Source: the human T2T-CHM13v2.0 reference genome, Homo sapiens
DNA: 64,000 nucleotides
Assembly: GCF_009914755.1 (NCBI RefSeq)
Contig: NC_060933.1
Reading direction: 5' to 3' (one strand)
Shown: one piece after another, positions 42,201 to 54,850 of the stretch
Layout: every line of letters begins with the position of its first letter
Numbering within the stretch: position 1 is the first letter of the stretch
The notes under the pieces: generated by a model
The model's database searches: none
Seen by the model: the letters and a program-made list of their open reading frames with translations, nothing else
What the model was told of the DNA's origin: nothing
Position numbers and translations under genes: made by a program

Positions 42201-43938
42201 TTCCATTCCATTCCATTCCATTCCATTCCATTCCATTCCATTCCGGATATTTCCATTCCATTGCATTCCGTTCCATTACATTGCCATGCACTCGCGTTGA
42301 TTCCATTCCATTCCATTCCATTCCATTCAATTCCATTCCATTACAATTCCTTCCATTCCATTCTATTCCGTACCATTCCATTCCATTCCATACCATTCCA
42401 TTCCATTCCATTCCATTCCATTCCGTTCCATTCCGTTCCATTCCATTCCATTCCATTCCATTCTATTCGGGTTAATTCCATTCCATTCCATTCCATTCCA
42501 TTCTATTCCATTCCATTTCAGTCGAGTTGAATCCATTGCATTTCATTCCATTCCATTCCATTCCATTGCATTCCATTCCATTCCATTCCATTCCATTCCA
42601 TTCCATTCCATTCCTTTCCGTTCCATTCCATTCCATTCCATTCCATTCTGTTCCGTTCCGTTCCGTTCCGTTCCATTCCATTCCATTCCATTCTATTCGG
42701 GTTATTTCCATTCCATTCCATTCGATTGGAACCGAGTTGATTCCATTCCATTCTATTCCATTCCATTCCATTCCATTCCATTCCATTCATTTCCATTCCA
42801 TTACGGATGATTCCATTCCATTGCATTCCATTCCATTCCATTCCCCTGTACTCGGGTTAATTCCATTCCATTCCATTCCATTCCATTCCATTCCGTTCCG
42901 TTCCGTTCCGTTCCATTCCATTCCATTCTATTCGAGTTAATTCCATTCCATTCCATTCCATTCCATTCCGATCGAGGTGATTCCATTCCATTCCATTCCA
43001 TTCCACTCCACTCCATTCCAGTCCTTTCCATTCCATTCCACTCGGGTTGATTGCATTGTATTCCTTTCCATTCCATTCCATTCCATTTCAATCGAGTTCA
43101 TTCCATTGCTTTGCATTCCATTCCATTCCATTCCATTCCGGATGATTCCATTCCATTGCATTCCATTACATTCCATTCCCCTGCACTCGGGTTGATTCCA
43201 TTCCATTCCACTCCATTCCGTTCCATTCCATTCCATTCCATTCCATTGTATTCCGGTTAATTCCATTCCATTCCATTCCATTCCATTCCATTCCATTCCA
43301 ATCCATTACAATCGAGTTGATTCCATTCCATTCCATGCAATTCCATTCCAGTCCTTTGCATTCCATTCCACTCATGTTGATTCCATTCTATTAGTTTCCA
43401 TTCCTTTCCATTCCCTTCCATTCCACTCTGGTTGATTCCATTCCTTTCCATTCCACTCGAATACATTCCCTCGTATTCCACTCGGAACGATTCCATTGCA
43501 TTCCATTCCATTCAATTCCATTCCGTTCTATTCCATTCCATTCCATTCCATTTCGTTCCATTCCATTCTATTCCGTACCATTCCATTGCATTCCATTCCA
43601 TTCCATTCCATTCCATTCCACTCGTGTTGATTCCATTCCTTTCCATTCCATTCGGTATGAAGGCATTCCATTCCATTCCATTCCATTCCATTCCATTCCA
43701 TTCCATTCCATTCCATTACATTCCATTCCATTCCATTGTACTCGGGTTGATTCCATTCCATTGCATTCCATTCCATTCCATTCCGTTGCATTCCATTCAA
43801 TTACATTCGGATTGATTCTATTCAACTCCCTTACTCTCCATTACATTCCATTCCATTCGGGTTGTTCCATTGCATTCCATTCCATTCCACTCCATTCCAT
43901 TGCACTCGGGTTGATTCCATTCCATTCCATTCCATTCC

Positions 43939-43949
43939 GGATGTTTCCA
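43939..43949 (-). promoter_or_regulatory. TonE-like (NFAT5/TonEBP) site, representative
   Basis: GGATGTTTCCA is TGGAAACATCC on the minus strand and fits TGGAAANNYNY. Equivalent sites at 42245, 46696, 48726 and 49889. Motif match only. Confidence 0.35.
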
Positions 43950-45181
43950 TTCCATTGCATTCCGTTCCATTACATTGCCATGCACTCGCGTTGATTCCAT
44001 TCCATTCCATTCCATTCCATTCAATTCCATTCCATTACAATTCCTTCCATTCCATTCTATTCCGTACCATTCCATTCCATTCCATACCATTCCATTCCAT
44101 TCCATTCCATTCCATTCCGTTCCATTCCGTTCCATTTCATTCCATTCCATTCCATTCTATTCGGATTAATTCCATTCCATTCCATTCCATTCCATTCTAT
44201 TCCATTCCATTTCAATCCAGTTGAATCCATTGCATATCATTCCATTCCATTCCATTCCATTCCATTGCATTCCATTCCATTCCATTCCATTCCATTCCAT
44301 TCCATTCCATTCCTTTCCGTTCCATTCCATTCCATTCCATTCCATTCCATTCCGTTCCGTTCCGTTCCGTTCCATTCCATTCCATTCCATTCTATTCGGG
44401 TTATTTCCATTCCATTCCATTCGATTGGAACCGAGTTGTTTCCATTCCATTCCATTCCATTCCATTCCATTCCATTCCTTTCCATTCCATTACGGATGAT
44501 TCCATTCCATTGCATTCCATTCCATTCCATTCCCCTGTACTCGGGTTGATTCCATTCCATTCCATTCCATTCCATGCGATTTCACTCGTGTTGATTCCAT
44601 TCTTTCCATTCCATTCAAGTTGAATCCATTCCATTGCATTCCATTCCATTCGATTCCATTCCATTGCACTCGGGTTTTTTCCATTCCATTGCATTCCATT
44701 CCATTCCATTCCATTCCATTCCATTCCATTCCGTTCCATTCCATTCCATTACATTCGGATTGATTCTATTCAATTCCCTTACACTCCATTACATTCCATT
44801 CCATTCGGGTAGTTTCCATTCCATTCCATTCCATTACTCTCCATTCCATTGCACTCGGGTTGATTCCACTCCATTCCATTCCATTCCATTCCATTCCATT
44901 CCATTCCATTCCGTTCCATTCCATTCCATTACTTTCGGATTGATTCTTTTCAACTCCCTTACTCTCCATTACATTCCATTCCATTCGGGTTGTTCCATTC
45001 CATTCCATTCCATTCCACTCCATTCCATTGCTGTCGGGTTGATTCCATTCCATTCCATTCCATTCCGGATGATTCCATTCCATTGCATTCCGTTCCATTA
45101 CATTCCCCTGCACTCGGGTTGATTCCATTCCATTCCATTCCATTCCATTCGATTCCATTCCATTCCCCTGCACTCGCGTTG

Positions 45182-45500
45182 ATTCCATTCCATTCCATTC
45201 CATTCCATTCCATTCCATTCCATTCCATTCCATTCCACTCCTTTCCGTTCCATTCCATTCCATTCCATTGCATTCCGTTCCGTTCCGTTCCATTCCATTC
45301 CATTCCATTCTATTCGGGTTAATTCCATTCCATTAAATTCGATTGCAATCGAGTTGATTCCATTCCATTCCATTCCATTCCATTCCATTCCATTCCATTC
45401 CATTCCATTCCATTCCACTCCTTTCCGTTCCATTCCATTCCATTCCATTGCATTCCGTTCCGTTCCGTTCCATTCCATTCCATTCCATTCTATTCGGGTT
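45182..45500 (-). repeat. 180-bp-offset local duplication
   Basis: 45182-45320 equals 45362-45500 (…CACTCCTTTCCGTTC…CTATTCGGGTT). Confidence 0.9.
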
Positions 45501-48500
45501 GATTCCATTCCATTCCATTCCATTCCATTCCATTCCATTCATTTCCATTCCATTACGGATGATTCCATTCCATTGCATTCCATTCCATTCCATTCCCCTC
45601 TACTCGTGTTAATTCCATTCCATTCCATTCCATTCCATTCCATTCCGTTCCGTTCCGTTCCATTCCATTCTATTCGAGTTAATTCCATTCCATTCCATTC
45701 CATTCCATTCCATTCCATTCCGATCGAGTTGATTCCATTCCATTCCATTCCATTCCACTCCACTCCATTCCAGTCCTTTCCATTCCATTCCACTCGGGTT
45801 GATTGCATTTTATTCCTTTCCATTCCATTCCATTCCATTTCAATCGAGTTCATTGCATTGCTTTGCATTCCATTCCATTCCATTCCATTCCGGATGATTC
45901 CATTCCATTGCATTCCATTACATTCCATTCCCCTGCACTCGGGTTGATTCCATTCCATTCCACTCCATTCCGTTCCATTCCATTCCATTCCATTCCATTG
46001 TATTCCGGTTAATTCCATTCCATTCCATTCCATTCCATTCCATTCCAATCCATTACAATCGAGTTGATTCCATTCCATTCCATGCAATTCCATTCCAGTC
46101 CTTTGCATTCCATTCCACTCAGGTTGATTCCATTCTATTAGTTTCCATTCCTTTCCATTCCCTTCCATTCCACTCTGGTTGATTCCATTGCTTTCCATTC
46201 CACTCGAATACATTCCCTCCTATTCCATTCGGAACGATTCCATTCCATTCCATTCCATTCAATTGCATTCCGTTCTATTCCATTCCATTCCATTCCATTT
46301 CGTTCCATTCCATTCTATTCCGTACCATTCCATTGCATTCCATTCCATTCCATTCCATTCCATTCCATTCCACTCGTGTTGATTCCATTCCTTTCCATTC
46401 CATTCGGTATGAAGGCATTCCATTCCATTCAATTCCATTCCATTCCATTCCATTCCATTCCATTCCATTCCATTCCATTCCATTGTACTCGGGTTGATTC
46501 CATTCCATTGCATTCCATTCCATTCCAATCCGTTGCATTCCATTCCATTACATTCGGATTGATTCTATTCAACTCCCTTACTCTCCATTACATTCCATTC
46601 CATTCGGGTTGTTCCATTGCATTCCATTCCATTCCACTCCATTCCATTGCACTCGGGTTGATTCCATTCCATTCCATTCCATTCCATTCCATTCCGGATG
46701 TTTCCATTCCATTGCATTCCGTTCCATTACATTGCCATGCACTCGCGTTGATTCCATTCCATTCCATTCCATTCCATTCAATTCCATTCCATTACAATTC
46801 CTTCCATTCCATTCTATTCCGTACCATTCCTTCCATTCCATACCATTCCATTCCATTCCATTCCATTCCATTCCGTTCCATTCCGTTCCATTTCATTCCA
46901 TTCCATTCCATTCTATTCGGGTTAATTCCATTCCGTTCCATTCCATTCCATTCTATTCCATTCCATTTCAATCGAGTTGAATCCATTGCATTTCATTCCA
47001 TTCCATTCCATTCCATTCCATTGCATTCCATTCCATTCCATTCCATTCCATTCCATTCCATTCCATTCCTTTCCGTTCCATTCCATTCCATTCCATTCCA
47101 TTCCATTCCATTCCGTTCCGTTCCGTTCCGTGCCATTCCATTCCATTCCATTCTATTCGGGTTATTTCCATTCCATTCCATTCGATTGGAACCGAGTTGA
47201 TTCCATTCCATTCCATTCCATTCCATTCCATTCCATTCCATTCCATTCCTTTCCATTCCATTACGGATGATTCCATTCCATTGCATTCCATTCCATTCCA
47301 TTCCCCTGTACTCGGGTTGATTCCATTCCATTCCATTACATGCGATTCCACTCGTGTTGATTCCATTCTTTCCATTCCATTCAAGTTGAATCCATTCCAT
47401 TGCATTCCATTGCATTCGATTCCATTCCATTGCACTCGGGTTTATTCCATTCCATTGCATTCCATTCCATTCCATTCCATTCCATTCCATTCCATTCCAT
47501 TCCGTTCCATTCCATTCCATTACATTCGGATTGATTCTATTCAATTCCCTTACACTCCATTACATTCCATTCCATTCGGTAGTTTACATTCCATTCCATT
47601 CCATTCCTCTCCATTCCATTGCACTCGGGTTGATTCCATTCCATTCCATTCCATTCCATTCCGTTCCATTCCATTCCATTACTTTCGGATTGATTCTTTT
47701 CAACTCCCTTACTCTCCATTACATTCCATTCCATTCGGGTTGTTCCATTCCATTCCATTCCATTCCACTCCATTCCATTGCACTCGGGTTGATTCCATTC
47801 CATTCCATTCCATTCCATTCCGGATGATTCCATTCCATTGCATTCCGTTCCATTATATTCCCCTGCACTCGGGTTGATTCCATTCCATTCCATTCCATTC
47901 CATTCGATTCCATTCCATTCCCCTGCACTCGCGTTGATTCCATTCCATTCCATTCCATTCCATTCCATTCCATTCCATTCCACTCCTTTCCGTTCCATTC
48001 CATTCCATTCCATTCCATTGTATTCCGGTTAATTCCATTCCATTCCATTCCATTCCATTCCATTCCAATCCATTACAATCGAGTTGATTCCATTCCATTC
48101 CATGCAATTCCATTCCAGTCCTTTGCATTCCATTCCACTCATGTTGATTCCATTCTATTAGTTTCCATTCCTTTCCATTCCCTTCCATTCCACTCTGGTT
48201 GATTCCATTCCTTTCCATTCCACTCGAATACATTCCCTCGTATTCCACTCGGAACGATTCCATTCCATTCCATTCCATTCAATTCCATTCCGTTCTATTC
48301 CATTCCATTCCATTCCATTTCGTTCCATTCCATTCTATTCCGTACCATTCCATTGCATTCCATTCCATTCCATTCCATTCCATTCCACTCGTGTTGATTC
48401 CATTCCTTTCCATTCCATTCGGTATGAAGGCATTGCATTCCATTCCATTCCATTCCATTCCATTCCATTCCATTCCATTCCATTCCATTCCATTCCATTG

Positions 48501-51019
48501 TACTCGGGTTGATTCCATTCCATTGCATTCCATTCCATTCCATTCCGTTGCATTCCATTCCATTACATTCGGATTGATTCTATTCAACTCCCTTACTCTC
48601 CATTACATTCCATTCCATTCGGGTTGTTCCATTGCATTCCATTCCATTCCACTCCATTCCATTGCACTCGGGTTGATTCCATTCCATTCCATTCCATTCC
48701 ATTCCATTCCATTCCATTCCATTCCGGATGTTTCCATTCCATTGCATTCCGTTCCATTACATTGCCATGCACTCGCGTTGATTCCATTCCATTCCATTCC
48801 ATTCCATTCAATTCCATTCCATTACAATTCCTTCCATTCCATTCTATTCCGTACCATTCCATTCCATTCCATACCATTCCATTCCATTCCATTCCATTCC
48901 ATTCCGTTCCATTCCGTTCCATTTCATTCCATTCCATTCCATTCTATTCGGGTTAATTCCATTCCGTTCCATTCCATTCCATTCTATTCCATTCCATTTC
49001 AATCGAGTTGAATCCATTGCATTTCATTCCATTCCATTCCATTCCATTCCATTGCATTCCATTCCATTCCATTCCATTCCATTCCATTCCATTCCATTCC
49101 TTTCCGTTCCATTCCATTCCATTCCATTCCATTCCATTCCGTTCCGTTCCGTTCCGTGCCATTCCATTCCATTCCGTTCTATTCGGGTTATTTCCATTCC
49201 ATTCCATTCGATTGGAACCGAGTTGATTCCATTCCATTCCATTCCATTCCATTCCATTCCATTCCATTCCATTCCATTCCATTCCTTTCCATTCCATTAC
49301 GGATGATTCCATTCCATTGCATTCCATTCCATTCCATTCCCCTGTACTCGGGTTGATTCCATTCCATTCCATTCCATTCCATGCGATTCCACTCGTGTTG
49401 ATTCCATTCTTTCCATTCCATTCAAGTTGAATCCATTCCATTGCATTCCATTCCATTCCTCTCCATTCCATTGCACTCGGGTTTATTCCATTCCATTGCA
49501 TTCCATTCCATTCCATTCCATTCCATTCCATTCCATTCCGTTCCATTCCATTCCATTCCATTCGGATTGATTCTATTCAATTCCCTTACACTCCATTACA
49601 TTCCATTCCATTCGGGTAGTTTCCATTCCATTCCATTCCATTGCTCTCCATTCCATTGCACTCGGGTTGATTCCATTCCATTCCATTCCATTCCATTCCA
49701 TTCCATTCCATTCCATTCCATTCCGTTCCATTCCATTCCATTACTTTCGGATTGATTCTTTTCAACTCCCTTACTCTCCATTACATTCCATTGCATTCGG
49801 GTTGTTCCATTGCATTCCATTCCATTCCACTCCATTCCATTGCACTCGGGTTGATTCCATTCCATTCCATTCCATTCCATTCCATTCCGAATGTTTCCAT
49901 TCCATTGCATTCCGTTCCATTACATTGCCATGCACTCGCGTTGATTCCATTCCATTCCATTCCATTCCATTCAATTCCATTCCATTACAATTCCTTCCAT
50001 TCCATTCTATTCCGTACCATTCCATTCCATTCCATACCATTCCATTCCATTCCATTCCGTTCCATTCCGTTCCATTCCATTACATTCCATTCCATTCTAT
50101 TCGGGTTAATTCCATTCCATTCCATTCCATTCCATTCCATTCTATTCCATTCCATTTCAATCGAGTTAAATCCATTGCATTTCATTCCATTCCATTCCAT
50201 TCCATTCCATTGCATTCCATTCCATTCCATTCCATTCCATTCCATTCCATTCCATTCCTTTCCGTTCTGTTCCGTTCCGTTCCTTTCCATTCCATTCCAT
50301 TCTATTCGGGTTATTTCCATTCCATTCCATTCGATTGGAACCGAGTTGATTCCATTCCATTCCATTCCATTCCATTCCATTCCATTCCATTCCTTTCCAT
50401 TCCATTACGGATGATTCCATTCCATTGCATTCCATTCCATTCCATTCCCCTGTACTCGGGTTGATTCCATTCCATTCCATTCCAATCCATGCCATTCCAC
50501 TCGTGTTGATTCCATTCTTTCCATTCCATTCAAGTTGAATCCATTCCTTTGCATTCCATTCCATTCCATTCCCCTGCAGTCGGGTTGATTCCATTCCATT
50601 CCATTCCATTCCATTCCGTTCCATTCCGTTCCGTTCCGTTCCGTTCCATTCCATTCCATTCCATTCTATTCGGGTTAATTCCATTCCATTCCATTCGATT
50701 GCAATCGAGTTGATTCCATTCCATTCCATTCCATTCCATTCCTTTCCATTCCATTCCTTTCCATTCCATTACGGATGATTCCATTCCATTGCATTCCATT
50801 CCATTCCATTCCCCTGTACTCGGGTTGATTCCATTCAATTCCATTCCAATCCATGCCATTCCACTCGTGTTGATTCCATTCTTTCCATTCCATTCAAGTT
50901 GAATCCATTACATTGCATTCCATTCCATTCGATTCCATTCGATTGCACTCGGGTTGATTCCATTCCATTGCATTCCATTCCATTCCATTCCATTCCATTC
51001 CATTCCATTCCGTTCCATT

Positions 51020-52990
51020 CCATTTCATTACATTCAGATTGATTCTATTCAATTCACTTACACTCCATTATATTCCAATCCATTCTGGTTGTTTCCATTC
51101 CATTCCATTCCATTTCACTCCATTCCATTGTACTCGGGTTGATTCCATTCCATTCCATTCCATTGCATTCCATTCCATTCCATTCCGGATGATTCCCTTC
51201 CGTTGCATTCCATTCCATTCCATTCCCCTGCACTCGCGTTAATTCCATTCCATTCCATTCTTTACATTCCGTTCCATTCCATTCCATTCCATTTGGATTG
51301 ATTCTATTCAATTCCCTTACACTCCATTACATTCCATTCCATTCGGGTAGTTTCCATTCCATTCCATTCCATTCCTCTCCATTCCATTGCACTCGGGTTG
51401 ATTCCATTCCATTCTTTCCATTCCATTCCATTCCATTCCATTCCATTCCATTCCATTCCATTGTACTCGGGTTGATTCTCTTCCACTGCATTCCATTCCA
51501 TTCCATTCCATTCCATTCCATTCCATTCCATTCCGTTCCATTCCATTACATTCGGATTGTTTTTATTCAACTCCCTTACTCTCCATTACATTCCATTCCA
51601 TTCGCGTTGTTCCATTCCATTCCATTCCATTCCACTCCATTCCATTGCACTCGTGTTGATTCCATTCCATTCCAGTCCCTTCCATTCCATTCCAATCCAT
51701 TGTACTCGGTTTGATTCCATTCCGTTGCATTCCATTCCATTCCATTCCATTCCTTTCCATTTCTTTCCATTACATTCGGATTGATTCTATTCAACTCCCT
51801 TACTCTCCATTACATTACATTCCATTCGGGTAGTTCCATTCCATTCCATTCCATTCCATTCCATTCCACTCCATTCCATTGCACTCGTGTTGATTCCATT
51901 CCATTCCATTGCATTCCGTTCCGCATGATTCCATTCCATTGCATTCCATTCCATTCCATTCCCCTGCAGTTGGGTTGATTCCATTCCATTCCATTCAATT
52001 CCATTCCATTCCATTCCGTTCCGTTCCATTGCATTCCATTCCATTCCGTTCCATTCCATTCCTTTCCGTTCCATTCCATTCCATTCCATTCCATTCCGTT
52101 CCGTTCCGTTCCGTTCCATTCCATTCCATTCCATTCTATTCGGGTTAATTCCATTCCATTCCATTCGATTGCAATCGAGTTGATTCCATTCCATTCCATT
52201 CCATTCCATTCCATTCCATTCCATTCCATTCCATTCCTTTCCATTCCATTACGGATGATTCCATTCCATTGCATTCCATTCCATTCCATTCCCTTGTACT
52301 CGGGTTGATTCCATTCCATTGCATTCCATTCCATTCCATTCCATTCCATTCCATTGCATTCCATTCCGTTCCATTCCATTTCATTACATTCAGATTGATT
52401 CTATTCAATTCCCTTACTCTCCATTATATTCCAATCCATTCTGGTTGTTTCCATTCCATTCCATTCCATTTCACTCCATTCCATTGCACTCGGGTTGATT
52501 CCATTCCATTCCATTCCATTGCATTCCATTCCATTCCATTCCGGATGATTCCATTCCATTGCATTCCATTCCATTCCATTCCCCTGCACTCGGGTTGATT
52601 CCATTCCATTCCATTCCATTGCATTCCGTTCCATTCCATTCCATTCCATTCGGATTGATAGTATTCAATTCCCTTACACTCCATTACATTCCATTCCATT
52701 CGGGTAGTTTCCATTCCATTCCATTCCTCTCCATTCCATTGCACTCGGGTTGATTCCATTCCATTCTTTCCATTCCATTCCATACCATTCCATTCCATTC
52801 CATTGTACTCGGGTTGATTCCATTCCATTGCATTCCATTCCATTCCATTCCATTCCATTCCATTCCGTTCCATTCCGTTACATTCGGATTGTTTCTATTC
52901 AACTCCCTTACTCTCCATTACATTCCATTCCATTCGGGTTGTTCCATTCCATTCCATTCCATTCCACTCCATTCCATTGCACTCCGGTTG
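51020..52990 (-). repeat. ~630-bp divergent module duplicated at ~1.35-kb offset
   Basis: CAGATTGATT…CATTATATTCCAATCCATTCTGGTTGTTTCC at 51035 and 52391, followed by shared CATTCTTTCC and CGGATTGTTT variants. Confidence 0.8.
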
Positions 52991-54611
52991 ATTCCATTCC
53001 ATTCCATTCCATTCCATTCCATTCCATTCCAATCCCTTCCATTCCATTCCGGATGATTCCATTCCATTGCATTGCTTTCCATTACATTCCCCTACACTCG
53101 GGTTGATTCCATTCCATTCCATTCCATTCCATTCGTTTCCATTCCATTCCAATTCTTTCCATTCCATTCTATTCCGTACCATTCCATTCCATTCCATACA
53201 ATTCCATTCCATTCCATTCCATTCCATTCCATTCCATTCCATTCCGTTCCGTTCCGTTCCATTCCGTTCCGTTCCGTTCCGTTCCATTCCGTTCCATTCC
53301 ATTCTATTCGGGTTAATTCCATTCCATTCCACTCCATTCCATTCTATTCCATTCCATTGCAATCGAGTTGAATCCATTGCATTCCATTCCATTCCATTCC
53401 ATTCCATTCCATTCCATTCCATTCCGGAAGATTCCATTCCTTTGCATTCCATTCCATTCCATTCCCCTGCACTCGGGTTTATTCTTTTCAGTTCCATTCC
53501 ATTCCATTCCATTCCATTCCGTTCCGTTCCGTTCCGTTCTGTTCCATTCCATTCCATTACATTCCATTCCATTCCATTCCGTTCCGTTCCATTCCATTCC
53601 ATTCCATTCTATTCGGTTTAATTCCATTCCATTCCATTCGATTGCAATCGAGTTGATTCCATTCCATTCTATTCCATTCCATTCCATTCCATTCCATTCC
53701 TTTCCATTCCATTACGGATGATTCCATTCCATTGCATTCCATTCCATTCCATTCCCCTCTACTCGGGTTGATTCCATTCCATTCCATTCCAATCCATGCC
53801 ATTCAACTCGTGTTGATTCCATTCATTCCATTCCATTCAAGTTGAATCCATTCCATTGCATTCCATTCCATTCGATTCCATTCGATTGCACTCGGGTTGA
53901 TTCCAATCCATTGCATTCCATTCCATTCCATTCCATTCCATTCCATTCCATTCCGTTCCATTCCATTCCATTACATTCGGATTGATTCTATTCAATTCCC
54001 TTACACTCCATTACATTCCATTCCATTCGGGTAGTTTCCATTCCATTCCATTCCATTCCTCTCCATTCCATTGCACTCGGGTTGATTCCATTCCATTCCA
54101 TACCATTCAATTCCATTCCTTTCCATTCCATTCCATTACATTCGGATTGATTCTATTCAACTCCCTTACTCTCCATTACATTCCATTCCATTCGGGTTGT
54201 TCCATTTCATTCCATTCCATTCCACTCCATTCCATTGCACTCGGGTTTATTCCATTCCATTCCATTCCATTCCATTGCATTCCATTCCATTCCGGAAGAT
54301 TCCATTCCATTGCATTCCATTCCATTCCATTCCCCTGCACTCGCGTTGATTCCATTCCATTCCATTCCATTCCATTCCATTCCATTCCATTCCTTTCCGT
54401 TCCATTCCATTCCATTCCATTCCAATCCATTCCATTCCGTTCCGTTCCGTTCCATTCCATTCCATTCCATTCTATTCGGGTTAATTCCATTGCATTCCAT
54501 TCGATTGCAATCGAGTTGATTCCATTCCATTCCATTCCATTCCATTCCATTCCATTCCTTTCCATTCCATTACGGATGATTCCATTCCATTGCATTCCAT
54601 TCCATTCCATT

Positions 54612-54850
54612 CCCCTGTACTCGGGTTGATTCCATTCAATTCCATTCCAATCCATGCCATTCCACTCGTGTTGATTCCATTCTTTCCATTCCATTCAAGT
54701 TGAATCCAATCCATTGCATTCCATTCCATTCCATTCCCCTGTACTCGGGTTGATTCCATTCCATTGCATTCCAATCCATGCCCTTCCACTCGTGTTGATT
54801 CCATTCTTTCCATTCCATTCAAGTTGAATCCATTCCATTGCATTCCATTC
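54612..54850 (-). repeat. 124-bp tandem duplication
   Basis: The CCCCTGTACTCGGG…CACTCGTGTTG…CAAGTTGAATCC module occurs at 54612 and 54736. Confidence 0.85.

Larger units (their letters stand above)
40600..50400 (-). repeat. Local higher-order sub-array with private variants, units in A-B-A-B(-partial) order
   Basis: Private words ATTGCCATGCACTCGCG (x5), CGATTGGAACCGAG (x5), CGGTATGAAGGC (x4) and ATGCAATTCCATTCCAGTCCTTTGC (x4). A-A offset 4461, B-B offset 4767. Confidence 0.85.
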
